From Cirrosporium novae-zelandiae (taxonomy: Eukaryota): DNA of 64,000 bases. Location: contig JAPETS010000021.1 of assembly GCA_026023565.1 (NCBI GenBank), positions 186,001-250,000 on the forward strand, in the 5' to 3' direction. Both the position numbers and the translations under genes were made by a program. Positions 54,015 through 64,000 of this stretch are shown in pieces. Under the pieces are notes generated by a model. It did not search any database, was not told the origin of the DNA, and worked only from the letters and a program-made list of their open reading frames with translations. How positions within the stretch are numbered: position 1 is the first letter of the stretch; each line of letters begins with the position of its first letter.

Positions 54015-54939
54015 ATGTCTCAATTTGGAACTTTCACAAAGAAATATCATCACACTGCTCAGGACATTGACGATTCCTTCTACTCTGCACTCTGTGTTAC
54101 AGGGAAAGTAGTTTTCATCACCGGGGGCGGGCGCAACATTGGTAAAAGCATTGGGCTCTCATTTGCAAAAGCGGGTGCGAGCGCTATTGTTATTACCGGC
54201 CGCACCGAATCATCCCTACTTTCGGCTAAGAATGAAATCGAGAACGCAACAACTGGAACCGTTGTGGTGCGCACATTTCTGGTCGATGTCCGAGATGCAA
54301 AGGAGACGAACGCTGTCTTCTCATTAGTGAGAGCGGAGCTAGGTCCAATCGACGTCCTTGTGACAAATGCTGGATATCTTGACCAGCATAAGACAATTTC
54401 AGAGTCCGACATTGAGGATTACTGGCGTTGCTTTGAGATCAATGTTAAAGGTATCTTGATCACGACGCAAGCATTTCTTAGGGGTTCTACCATGGAGGGC
54501 GCAACGATCATAAATATAACATCGGGTGCCGGACACATACCGTATATTCCGGGATATTCGGCTTATTCATGTTCCAAAGCCGCGGGGGCCAGGGTCATGG
54601 AGTATGTTCAAGCTGAAAACCCGAAACTACGGGTTTTCAACCTACAGCCTGGGGCAATCGAGACAGACATGAGCAGGAAAGCCGGGAACATGGAAACGGA
54701 GGACGATTTATGTAAGAGCACCTAGCTGTGTAGCTATATCCGCATATCATTTACTTACCCGACACATAGCCTTGCCTGCTGCCTTCAGCTTGAGACTTAT
54801 GAGTCCTGGTTTGGATTTCCTCAAGGGACGATTGGTGTGGGCCAACTGGGACGTGCAGGAGCTAAAGGAGAGAGAGAAAGAAATCATTGATGCTGACTTG
54901 TTAACAATGAGGCTGAACGGGTTTAGAAGTGGTCCCTGA
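54015..54939 (+). CDS. Short-chain dehydrogenase/reductase; intron 54712-54769
   Basis: TGGGRNIG, LVTNAG, YSCSK (YxxxK), LQPGAIETDM, FLKGRLVWANWDV. Confidence 0.92.
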
Positions 54940-55390
54940 GTTTCGTTTGAGGAACTTAGAAGCTATACGCTACCCGGTAAACATGATTGGATGTTGAGTG
55001 GGTGAATTATCTTGAGGTCCTGTTTTACTATAGTATTACTTAGAGGTTATCTACCTACACCATTTTACTATGCATGGCATGCAAGATCACATATGATTGG
55101 GAGGATCTCAAATATTTGAGAAGGATACGTTTTATAAGATGAGCTGGAGTGAGCTGGAGTGGGTTGGAGTGAACAGAGAGCGCTTCAATGTCTATTTCAT
55201 TAAAATTGCAGTATTTTATAACCGTATTAGGCAAGGGCAGTTACATAATGAGACACTACCGTATCGTGGGTATTATTAGATTAAGTAGTTATGGTAGCCT
55301 ACACGCCCCTCAGAGGGGTACTTAGTTATCTTATCCAATTTAAACAGCTTCCTACTCGATCTTGCTTTGTTCACCCACATATATAACAAA

Positions 55391-56371
55391 ATGGACATGC
55401 CCGTCAATGTTCCCGTTGATGATCCTAATGCTGACACTGAATGGTCTGATATATTCGTAACCTCATTCCAAGTCCCGACTAATAACAAATTTATCTAGGA
55501 ACGATATCCTTCGCAAGCATGGCATTATCCCCGAGAAGCCGCCTTCCCCTACCCCTCTTATCGAAGAAGCTATCATAGAAGCACGGAGGTTGGCACATGA
55601 GAATCGGCTAGAAGGCAAGGATCTCGATGAGCTGGATAGTCTTGAGGACGAAGAGGATGAGGAGTTCCTCAACAAATACCGGTAAAAGCTCACTGTAATC
55701 TACTTGGAGCTGAGTCTCGCTTCAAATCTTTCTGTTTTGCGTCCCACTAAGTTTTACTAAATAGTGCTCAACGGCTTGCTGAGCTGACAATTATATCTCG
55801 ATCCTCTATCTACGGTCAGGTCTATCCACTTCAGAAGCCCGACTATGCTCGTGATGTGACAGAAACTTCTAACAACAGTTTTGTCCTTGTCCTATTGACT
55901 TCTTCTCTGGGCACAAATGTGGAATCTCGACTTCTTAGTGAGATCTGGTCCCGATTAGCTTTAAAATATGGAGACATCAAATTTTGCGAGATGCGAGGAA
56001 ATCTTTGCATCGAAGGTTATCCAGAGAAAAACACGCCAACGGTGTTGATATACAAGGATGGCGAAATTAAGAAGCAACTCGTGACATTAAGGGAGATGAA
56101 TGGAAATAAGACTACATTAGAAGGTATAACCCTCTCGATCTATCTCTTTGCGAGGATTTGGCTATGCCAATGACATTGTCAATGATCTGTAGGACCTAAT
56201 TTAACATGTTGGACTTTAGATTTTGAAAAGCTCCTTTTACAGCTCGAGGCACTCAAACATAATGACCCCCGATTACGTGGCCCTCGTCGTGACGACAGCA
56301 ATCAGGCAAACTCCAGTATACGCCAAGGATCATTGAAGAACGATGACTCTAACGATGATGACTGGGATTAG
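55391..56371 (+). CDS. Phosducin-like protein (Plp2/PDCL3 type), 4 exons
   Basis: DPNADTEW|NDILRKHGIIPEKP, LEDEEDEEFL, CIEGYPEKNTPTVLIY, DDDWD*. Confidence 0.9.
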
Positions 56372-57854
56372 AGAATATTACCAACATAGCTCGTCTATGT
56401 TAATACTTTTAAGGCCATTACTACATCTCGTGGAGTTATCATCCCCTTACCCGGTATCTAATGCATACTCACCCTGGCTTCAGCTTACCCTTATACTAAA
56501 CCAATCCTTTCTAGGTGGTTTCTTGTCGGCTTGCAGAGATCGCCTTGATTGATATCTCATTCATCCTCTCTTAATGCGAGCAGGATTTGCTAGTGTTCTC
56601 AATATATCATAAACCATCAGATGAGCAAGATATACTGGGACTCACGGCCGACATATATCTAATCAGGGTGGCAACTCCATAGCCATACCTAAATTAAGTC
56701 AGTGGTCTAGATTTCCAGGAGACGTGCTAGATATAAAACGAATAATAAGTATTGCAATGTTATCGGGTATACCTATATATCACTTAGAAGCCTCAGAAAG
56801 TATATAAGACGTTCTTTATGAGCGATCTTAAGCTGAGTGGAGGAGCAGCCGAGATAGGAAATTTAAATAAGACCTCGAGATGATAATATGATTCAATACG
56901 TCATGCTAACAGATCAGATCTTCATATCCCTACTCAGAGTAGTACATGAATATCCCTTGACCTTAATATGACAACGAATGACTTATTAGCTTTAGGCATT
57001 TTCCAGTTCTACGTAACTTAGATGATGCCATGACTTTAATTTCACATCTATCCCATGTGTAGTATGTACATGTACTTGAGTATGCCCAAGGTATAAGTTC
57101 TTGTACTCGGTAATTTCTATTATTCTACTTTCGAAAGTAATAAGCTATTTGAGCTCAAACTGCCCTCCTCCTACACATGCCATCGGAGATGAGTAATCGT
57201 GCCAGGGTTTCGCGGAGTTAACCTCCTGCTTGCATACAACAATAAGGTATGTATACACTCACCATGGGCCGACCAATGGGCTAGTTTACCCTATTCTAGC
57301 TACAAGTTGTTATTCAGTAATAGAACAAGTCACGACAATATGGTTCGTCCAGAGCACCTGTAGGGGATTAATCGGCATTCATCTTGAAACTCTCCTCCTT
57401 CTCTTATTCTTGGACCAGCCATCTTTTGGGGGGGAGATTGGGGCACGCGGGGTTAGATATCTGTTGAGGTATACACCTCTTAACTCCTTGGTACTGTAGA
57501 CACCAAAGATAGCAAAACCACAGAGTATACACTACTGTGTACAAGTTTTCCCCTATACTATTGCACATTACTTGGCTACATATTTAGCTACGTATCCTCG
57601 TTGCAAAGTTAATTAACTACATTTCCAAGGCCAGTTAGGCCCGTCACAAAACCTGAACCAAACTAATAATAAACTGCAACCCACCGTGGTTAATAAACGC
57701 CTTACACCATGCTAAATCACAAATTGGATCATTTCCTGGAATCGAATATGACTGATCCGTTGACATATTGATAGCCTTGCATATCAAAATCCACTGGCCG
57801 TGATTTTCACAACCCCGCATTATCTGCTTTCCATAGGACCAAATTGGATTTATG

Positions 57855-58984
57855 TTAAATCAAACCATCTGTTCCGCCTCCACAACTCTCCTGGATGGCT
57901 CTTCGGATATCCTGTTCCTCAAAACAGGGACCTTGTCCATCACATTTCGTCTTTCCTTCTCTCTTTAGCCGCTCGCACACATCTGCAACATCCACCAAAC
58001 CATGTGCATATTCCTCTGTTGCTAGAATGAAATCCCACGTTGCACTTGCACTAAGAAGACGCTCGCCAGTTGACGAGATGGTCAAACGGTGGGTAGGATA
58101 TGTACTTGGCTTGGACACAAAATCTTTGCTGGAGTGGGAGGGGGTTGTGGTCGAAGAAGATGGGATAAGGAGGCGCGAGGAGAGGTCAATCGGAGAAAAT
58201 TTCATGTTTCCTGCCACTAGATCTTCGTCCTGGGATGTGTGTTGAGCACCGTCTGGGAGTAAAACAGAATGGCCTGGAGGACCAGAAGAAGTAGCGCGTA
58301 ATATCTCATTCTCGGTAGCTAGGCGTGCCATCTCACGTTTTAGACGTTCATTGTCAGCCGATAACGTAGATTGGGATTGTTGTAAAGAAGATAATTTAGC
58401 TTCGAGATCTTTAACATGGCGTTCCTTACGTTCCCGAAAGGCGCGCTGGCTATGCCAAGGGACAAAACATTTAGTAGGAGAGTTATATAAATGTAATCGA
58501 GGCGGATGCTTACGCAGCACGATTCTGGGCTTTCCTCCGACTCTGGGCTGGAGTAAGGTTCTCTTTCTCTTCACCACTACTGGTACTTCGAGCGCGAGTA
58601 TTAGGAGGGGAGTTATCTGTATAGCCGAGTGGGGGTTCTGCGGTTTCCTCTGGCACGGCAACACCGATGCCAGTGCCACTCGGTAGATTGAGTGAGTTGC
58701 GATTGGAAGAAGGTCGGGACTGAGGGGCGGCCAGGACAGAATCATGGTAGTGGAAGGTAGAGGAGTCCCACGACTGAAAATTTGGTTCAAAATTATCCTA
58801 TACGGTTTGGATCACATTAAATGTATGCATATATCTTGTTGCTCAACTATAGTCTTACAATGGGGGATCCACCGCCACCAAATTCATCCGAATGAGTAGG
58901 AGTATGTCCAGTATGGCCGGGAGTGGGAGGAAATCCGGTGTATGTGTAAGCTTGAGGAGCAGCTGTAAAGTAAGAGTAATCCAT
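57855..58984 (-). CDS. Yap-like bZIP transcription factor (Fcr3/RsmA type); introns about 58798-58858 and 58450-58513
   Basis: MDYSYF start, LTPAQSRRKAQNRAA|QRAFRERKERHVKDLE zipper, C-terminal ATWDFIL..VDVADVCERLK..KCDGQGP. Confidence 0.88.
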
Positions 58985-59051
58985 CTCGAGGTTCTCGATA
59001 TCAATTTAGGGTGCTTTCGTTGCGGTTATCTACTGCAAAAGGCAGGCAGCC

Positions 59052-59080
59052 GGTCGGTCGGTTGGTCGGTCGGTCGGTCG
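59052..59080. repeat. (GGTC)n tetranucleotide repeat in the 5' leader of the bZIP gene
   Basis: cggtcggtcggttggtcggtcggtcggtcg. Confidence 0.85.
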
Positions 59081-59943
59081 AAGCGGAATGCTACTCTTTG
59101 AGCTGTCTGATCTCACAAGCCCGCTCCTGATAATTGACAGAAAACGGTGGAATAATAAGTGAAGCGAAATGCGAAGATGCTGTTGAATGCATGGAATATT
59201 TTGATTAAATTCCCTCGCGTGGAGTGCGGGATGGAGAATGAAGATCGGGCTGAAATGGAAACAGAGAACAGTCAAATAATATACGAGGTACCAAAAGCAC
59301 AATCTACCAAGATGTTCAAACGGGACAGGCATATAATTATCTTAATACTCAATTATTGAACGGGAAAGGAGTTTCTATATTGCTACTTATCGTACTAGTC
59401 TATCTACATAATTGATTTGGAGATGGAGATCTGGTTTTCTAGCCGTCTGACTATTTTCATCTGCCATGATACTTAGTAGCAAACTGTTATATCAGCACGG
59501 TACATGTAGGCATCGAGACCCCAATTGAGTGGCTAAACCATTCGAGGGATATTTCAATATTCCCTGGAGTTTAGGTGCGATGCTGTCATGACCGAAGCCC
59601 ATTTTCTCTCCCTCACGCAAGATCAGTAGATCAGTAATCAAACTTCTCAAGATCACATTGACCTACCTAACATAGAAGGTCAGCATACATTCAACGTGTA
59701 CTGAACGTACACATAGTAACAGCCTTTAGTTCATGTTTTGGCTAGTATCCTAACCTCCCAGATTACATATTTCTCCAGCTCCCGTAGGGTCCCATAGTCT
59801 CCATAGGGCTGGGACTTGTAGAGTCAATGTTGCTACTGGCATGCGAGAATGAAGAGAGACAGCAAGATGCGGAAAGGGTTCATCCTTATGCACATCTACT
59901 TAAACTCCATAAAGGCACTCCAAAACCCCGCCAGCTGCCGATG

Positions 59944-60486
59944 TCAATGGCCTTCGTCATTGCCTCTCGGCTCGTATTGCTCATTTCTAGCACCCCGCGA
60001 CTCCTCCTTTTTTTGCCCCCAATTCCATGCTTCCCGTATGTGATCCATGATCAACCCACTGTAACCCTTTCCTTGCTCCAGCGCTTCTTTTTCCTCCTGT
60101 AGCCGTCTCTCTCTCCACCCTTCTTTCTCCTCTCCCAGCCACACCTTCTCTAGCAATGACTTGTCTTCTACTTGTCCCCTCAACTCTTTCTCCCTCCTTA
60201 GTCTTTCATGGACTAGTCTGGCCCTGTCACTTGGCAGTGATTCTGGGGCCAATCCACTAAGCCGTTGCATTATCGACCGCCCCGATTTTTCGTAGATGAT
60301 ATGGTTGAGCGATGCCACGAACGCGGCCCCCAAGCTGAAGGTGTAGAGATTGAGTTTGCGCGGTGGTGTAAGAACAATGAGTGGGGACACGACGATGAAC
60401 CCATAGGCAAGGTAATGTTGAAAACGTTGAAATTGATCAACTTCCGTTTGTGTTTGATGGCGGGAGGGGGGTTGAGGATTCGACAT
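59944..60486 (-). CDS. Small membrane protein of unknown function (2 TM plus charged tail)
   Basis: 180-aa ORF: LIVLTPPRKLNLYTFSL, KVWLGEEKEGWRERRLQEEKEAL..GKGY..LIMDHI.E.W. Confidence 0.72.
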   Translation of the reverse strand: MSNPQPPSRHQTQTEVDQFQRFQHYLAYGFIVVSPLIVLTPPRKLNLYTFSLGAAFVASLNHIIYEKSGRSIMQRLSGLAPESLPSDRARLVHERLRREKELRGQVEDKSLLEKVWLGEEKEGWRERRLQEEKEALEQGKGYSGLIMDHIREAWNWGQKKEESRGARNEQYEPRGNDEGH

Positions 60487-61157
60487 GATGCGAGCGAAAG
60501 AAAATCCTAGGCTTGGGTATTTCCCCTTCTCCGAGGGGAGATATTTACATACGAACAGTAATTACTTGGTAGTCTAGTATGAAATTCAATTGTTGCCGAA
60601 TATGTAAACGTAGGGTTTGATTATGAAAAGCTAGAATATGTGGAGCTACATCTACTTTGCACAGTATGCAAATCGCTAGCGCAAACCCAACTTTAAACCC
60701 CCTTCTAACTTCATAAGGCAGCAGCCATACATGTGCCATAGACTACTAAATATCTAATCCGGAGGGGTTGGTATTTATTGCTCTAGATATTGGCTTAATA
60801 ACTTATAGCAATATGTACGCCTGGAGTCTTTTCCGTTATATAATACTCCACCGACGAACAATACATAGGAATACGTATTTCTTATGCTTATACCTTCCCG
60901 TTCATTAGCAATAAATCAAGCGAGTCTACTATAGGATACAAAAGAAGGCCATGTCTTAATTATTGTCATCAATCTAGCGTTCCCCAGAGCCCCAGGTTCT
61001 CTGGGGTCCTGGCCAGTCAAACTCTTTCTTGCTTGGCTGCAATAACAATTGATGAAAGCTGAAATACGTAGAGCCTTTTTGACCTGTTTGGATTTTTATA
61101 AAGGGGCTTTCAAGCTTCCGTTACCTATGAACCTAAATCTAAGTACGTCTCCTCTCC

Positions 61158-62439
61158 CTACCACTGAAGCGTGCTCTCCCTAGAGGTAGAACGATAGTGT
61201 ATTTCACCGTTAGGTCCATAAGTAGCAGTTAAATAGCCACCCGATAGTTCGTCGACCATCTTACTATAGTCATCGCTTTCAGAGATCCTACATCTAGTGT
61301 TTGCAGATTCACAGTGTGCAAATAATGCCGCAACCGTTTCGAACTTACGGAGGCAAGATGGGCAGCTATCCAGGGATAAATATGAGAAGACTGAAACTCA
61401 CAACACATTCAGATTAAAAAACGTACCTTGCTTGGTTTCCTGAATGCGCTGGACTATCCATGTGAGCTTCGAATTGTGCGCTATTGGCATATGATCGGCT
61501 ATTTCTTTTAGTGAAATGTCCAATGATGGAATAAGGAAGAACGTACCCGCAGCCTGGATGGGGGCAGAGAAATTCACTTATGGAGATGTCCATGAAGCGA
61601 TGATGGTCGTTCGAGTTTGGATCTTTGGAATGAAATGACAGTAGCTGGCTATCATCTGAGAAGATGGTCGAAGAAGAGGCATAAGCTCCTAGATTTGGAG
61701 TAACAGATATATTGGCGAAAGGCTTTTCAGAACAAGATGTCTTCGTAAGAAATTGGTGTCCAGATCCTTCATGGGGAATATTGCTTGAAATGTTTGGATC
61801 GCCCCCGTGCTCTGGTTTCATGTCACGACATTCCTTTCCAGGGATAGTCGGCTCATGTTGGAGAACCTCCATGTAATTGGCATTAAGAGATTGCATAGCT
61901 GCTTCCTCTTCGATGGTTTCTACATCTATAAATGTCATTCGGTTTGATGTCTTCCCTGGATCACCAAGGTAAGAATTCAAGAGCCTTTTCTGAGATCGTT
62001 CTCTCTCAAATTCGCGCGGGCTGATTCCTGGGCATTCACCTGACTCGATATGCTTTACGAGACTAGATGCGAGAACAAATCCCTTGCCGCAGTTATTGCC
62101 CTTGCAAACAATATTCTGGCCTGTTCGATGCATCTAAGTAGATGGTTAGCAGCTGAGCTTTGATAAATGAATGGAATGTCAATATACTTGTTTGATATGC
62201 CGGTTTTTTCCTCCTTCAGATTTGAAGTCACAGCCACAATGTTCGCAGACGATATGCTTTTTGTCGGTCATCTGTACTTTGTGGATACGGAGAGAGTCTT
62301 CATCGTCAAAATCCAAGTCACAAGCCTTACAATAATCATGTTCTGGAGCGCTGTGCTTGTGACGCTGAAGAGCACCTAGGCTCTCGAACTTGGCTTGGCA
62401 GTTTTTGAAAGTGCATGGGATGTAGTTTTTAGAATACAT
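61158..62439 (-). CDS. C2H2 zinc-finger protein, about 4 exons
   Basis: CTFKNC..F..L..H..H, CKAC, CEHC, CKGNNCGKGF..LVKHIESGEC, CPHPGC, CPSCLRKF..LFAHCES. Confidence 0.85.
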
Positions 62440-63537
62440 CGTTAGTGATTAAAGAAGTAACACGTTTGAATCGAGGATAGAGTAGGCTTTTATGCGAAAG
62501 GGTTTGCCGTATAGCACGAGTATATAAGCAGCAGACCAGAATTGAAAGTGGCCTAAGGATTTTGGGTTAGAGTTAAGGGATAAGTCCACAAACAGGATGC
62601 AGGTGAAAGAGGCAAACTTGAAGTGAATATGAATGAATACCTTAGGCACTATAGATTCTTGGAGATACTAACGATGTGCACGTTGGCCAACTAATCTAGG
62701 TGCTAGACTGTGCTCAGCACGTATAAATTTGTAGAAAAATATCCATCAAAGCTGCACTCACATAGTATTCCCAATTATCAAAAAATCTTTACCAAAATTT
62801 TTAAGGACTATAGATATTCCACTCGATATTGTTTATCATGACGATAAAAACGCTAAGAGATCCGCCTAGAATACGCAAAGGAAAATCGCTTCATACACAC
62901 TCGATGCCAAACAGCCAGACGGAGTATCATCATCGGGCTAGGTGCTAGAGAAGATCTCAAGTAATGATATTTGAAATGGTCAGAACTACAAGGAATCCAT
63001 CCTCGCTGATTTTATCATTTTAACTATGAATGTCATTAGTTAACTCATCACAAAAACACTTCATTCTCAATTTAGATGGTTTCATTAGTCTTCATGTCAA
63101 TATTGAAATCACCAAGTCCAATGTATATTAACTTTGCTATAGATATGTTTCTTTAATACCTCTGATAATTTGAGGAGGTGATACTTCCCCTTGCCTTAGT
63201 ATGTATAGAAATTAGATCAATAAGGGTCTCATTACTAGACATCAATGAGGGATCTGAATAAATATCATAGGTAGCATCGTGCATAAGAAGAACTAGAGTG
63301 TAGCTGTTTAGTAGATAAACTTTTGAGTTCCAAGCCTTGGGTTCCTGAAGTTCTAAGTTTGCAATACATGTAGCATATGGATTATATGTTGATCCTAAAA
63401 TTAATATATTTAGACACGAACATCTATGATGGGCATTTAATATATAGATGCGGTAATTCGCCTGACTGACTAGGTCCAATGTTAGTACAGACCATACTAA
63501 CGTTTTGATATTAGCATACTATGAGTAGCATATGGAT

Positions 63538-64000
63538 TCAGAAACGTGAGTATGGGAGCCTTATATCATATTAGCGGGTGAGGAAATTTCGAAGGCCAAA
63601 TCATTGAACATACCACTTTCCACGGAGAGTAATGACAGCCCAGTTGTTACCATCTTTGTCAGTCTCTTTCTCGACTTTAGTGGAGAAAGATATTGCACTC
63701 ATGATACCATCGCCAAACTTTTCATTGAGAATTGCTTTATATGCATACCCGTAGTTCTGAATGATTTCGTATAGTCTATAGATTAAAGGTTCTTTTGGTG
63801 GCATATCCATAGCTCGGCCGCGATCAGGAAACCCACTCAACTGTTGGATCAAAGTCGATTTATCAATGCCAAGGACACGCGAAAGATTCTCGATATCATC
63901 CATGGATGCCTGAGCCTGCCCATAAAATATGGCTGCTATTGCTACTTCATCGCGGTTCAGCTCCTTAGCAATATCTTCAAATGATAGGTTATTTCTTGCT
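63538..64000 (-). CDS. cyn1: Cyanate hydratase (cyanase), 5' end outside window; last intron about 63560-63613
   Basis: [58 protein letters not shown]. Confidence 0.93.

Noticed and set aside
57022..57031. Exact ATGATGCCAT CYS-3/MetR consensus
   Set aside because: Lies between two convergent gene ends and matches the roughly one chance hit expected per window
60982..61006. 8-bp hairpin CCCCAGAG...CTCTGGGG downstream of the C2H2 gene
   Set aside because: Short enough to arise by chance; no ncRNA context
62700..63520. AT-rich, TpA-rich stretch suggestive of a RIP-mutated transposon relic (similar at about 56640-57150)
   Set aside because: No transposase or RT motif, terminal repeats or target-site duplication visible; needs a repeat-library search and RIP indices

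Overview
Gene-dense, intron-rich chromosomal segment from a filamentous ascomycete (Pezizomycotina-like; short GT-AG introns with CTRAC/YTRAC branch points; lineage not resolvable by eye). About 35 protein genes are supported, several only after manual splicing (MGR2, ATP18, a SelK-like gene, HSBP1, RPL37 and one Rieske-family gene are absent or fragmentary in the ORF track). The left end holds a sulfur-assimilation locus: PAPS reductase (MET16) convergent with ATP sulfurylase (MET3), with siroheme synthase (MET1) about 29 kb away. The best candidate for an undescribed system is a tandem pair of choline-monooxygenase-like Rieske oxygenase genes transcribed divergently from MET3. They show complementary loss: gene A keeps the mononuclear-iron His/His/Asp ligands but lacks the Rieske CxH/CxxH motif, and gene B keeps the Rieske motif plus an N-terminal membrane anchor but lacks the iron ligands. 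This suggests a split, heteromeric Rieske oxygenase. Next to the pair is an LRR protein with a BC-box-like segment and Cys-rich tail resembling LRRC58-type cullin adaptors. The rest is mostly housekeeping genes, an intronless 1,220-aa orphan membrane protein, a bZIP/DUF3425-SDR divergent pair and a partial cyanase. No rRNA, tRNA, CRISPR or intact transposon was recognised. Family calls come from motif recognition, not database searches.
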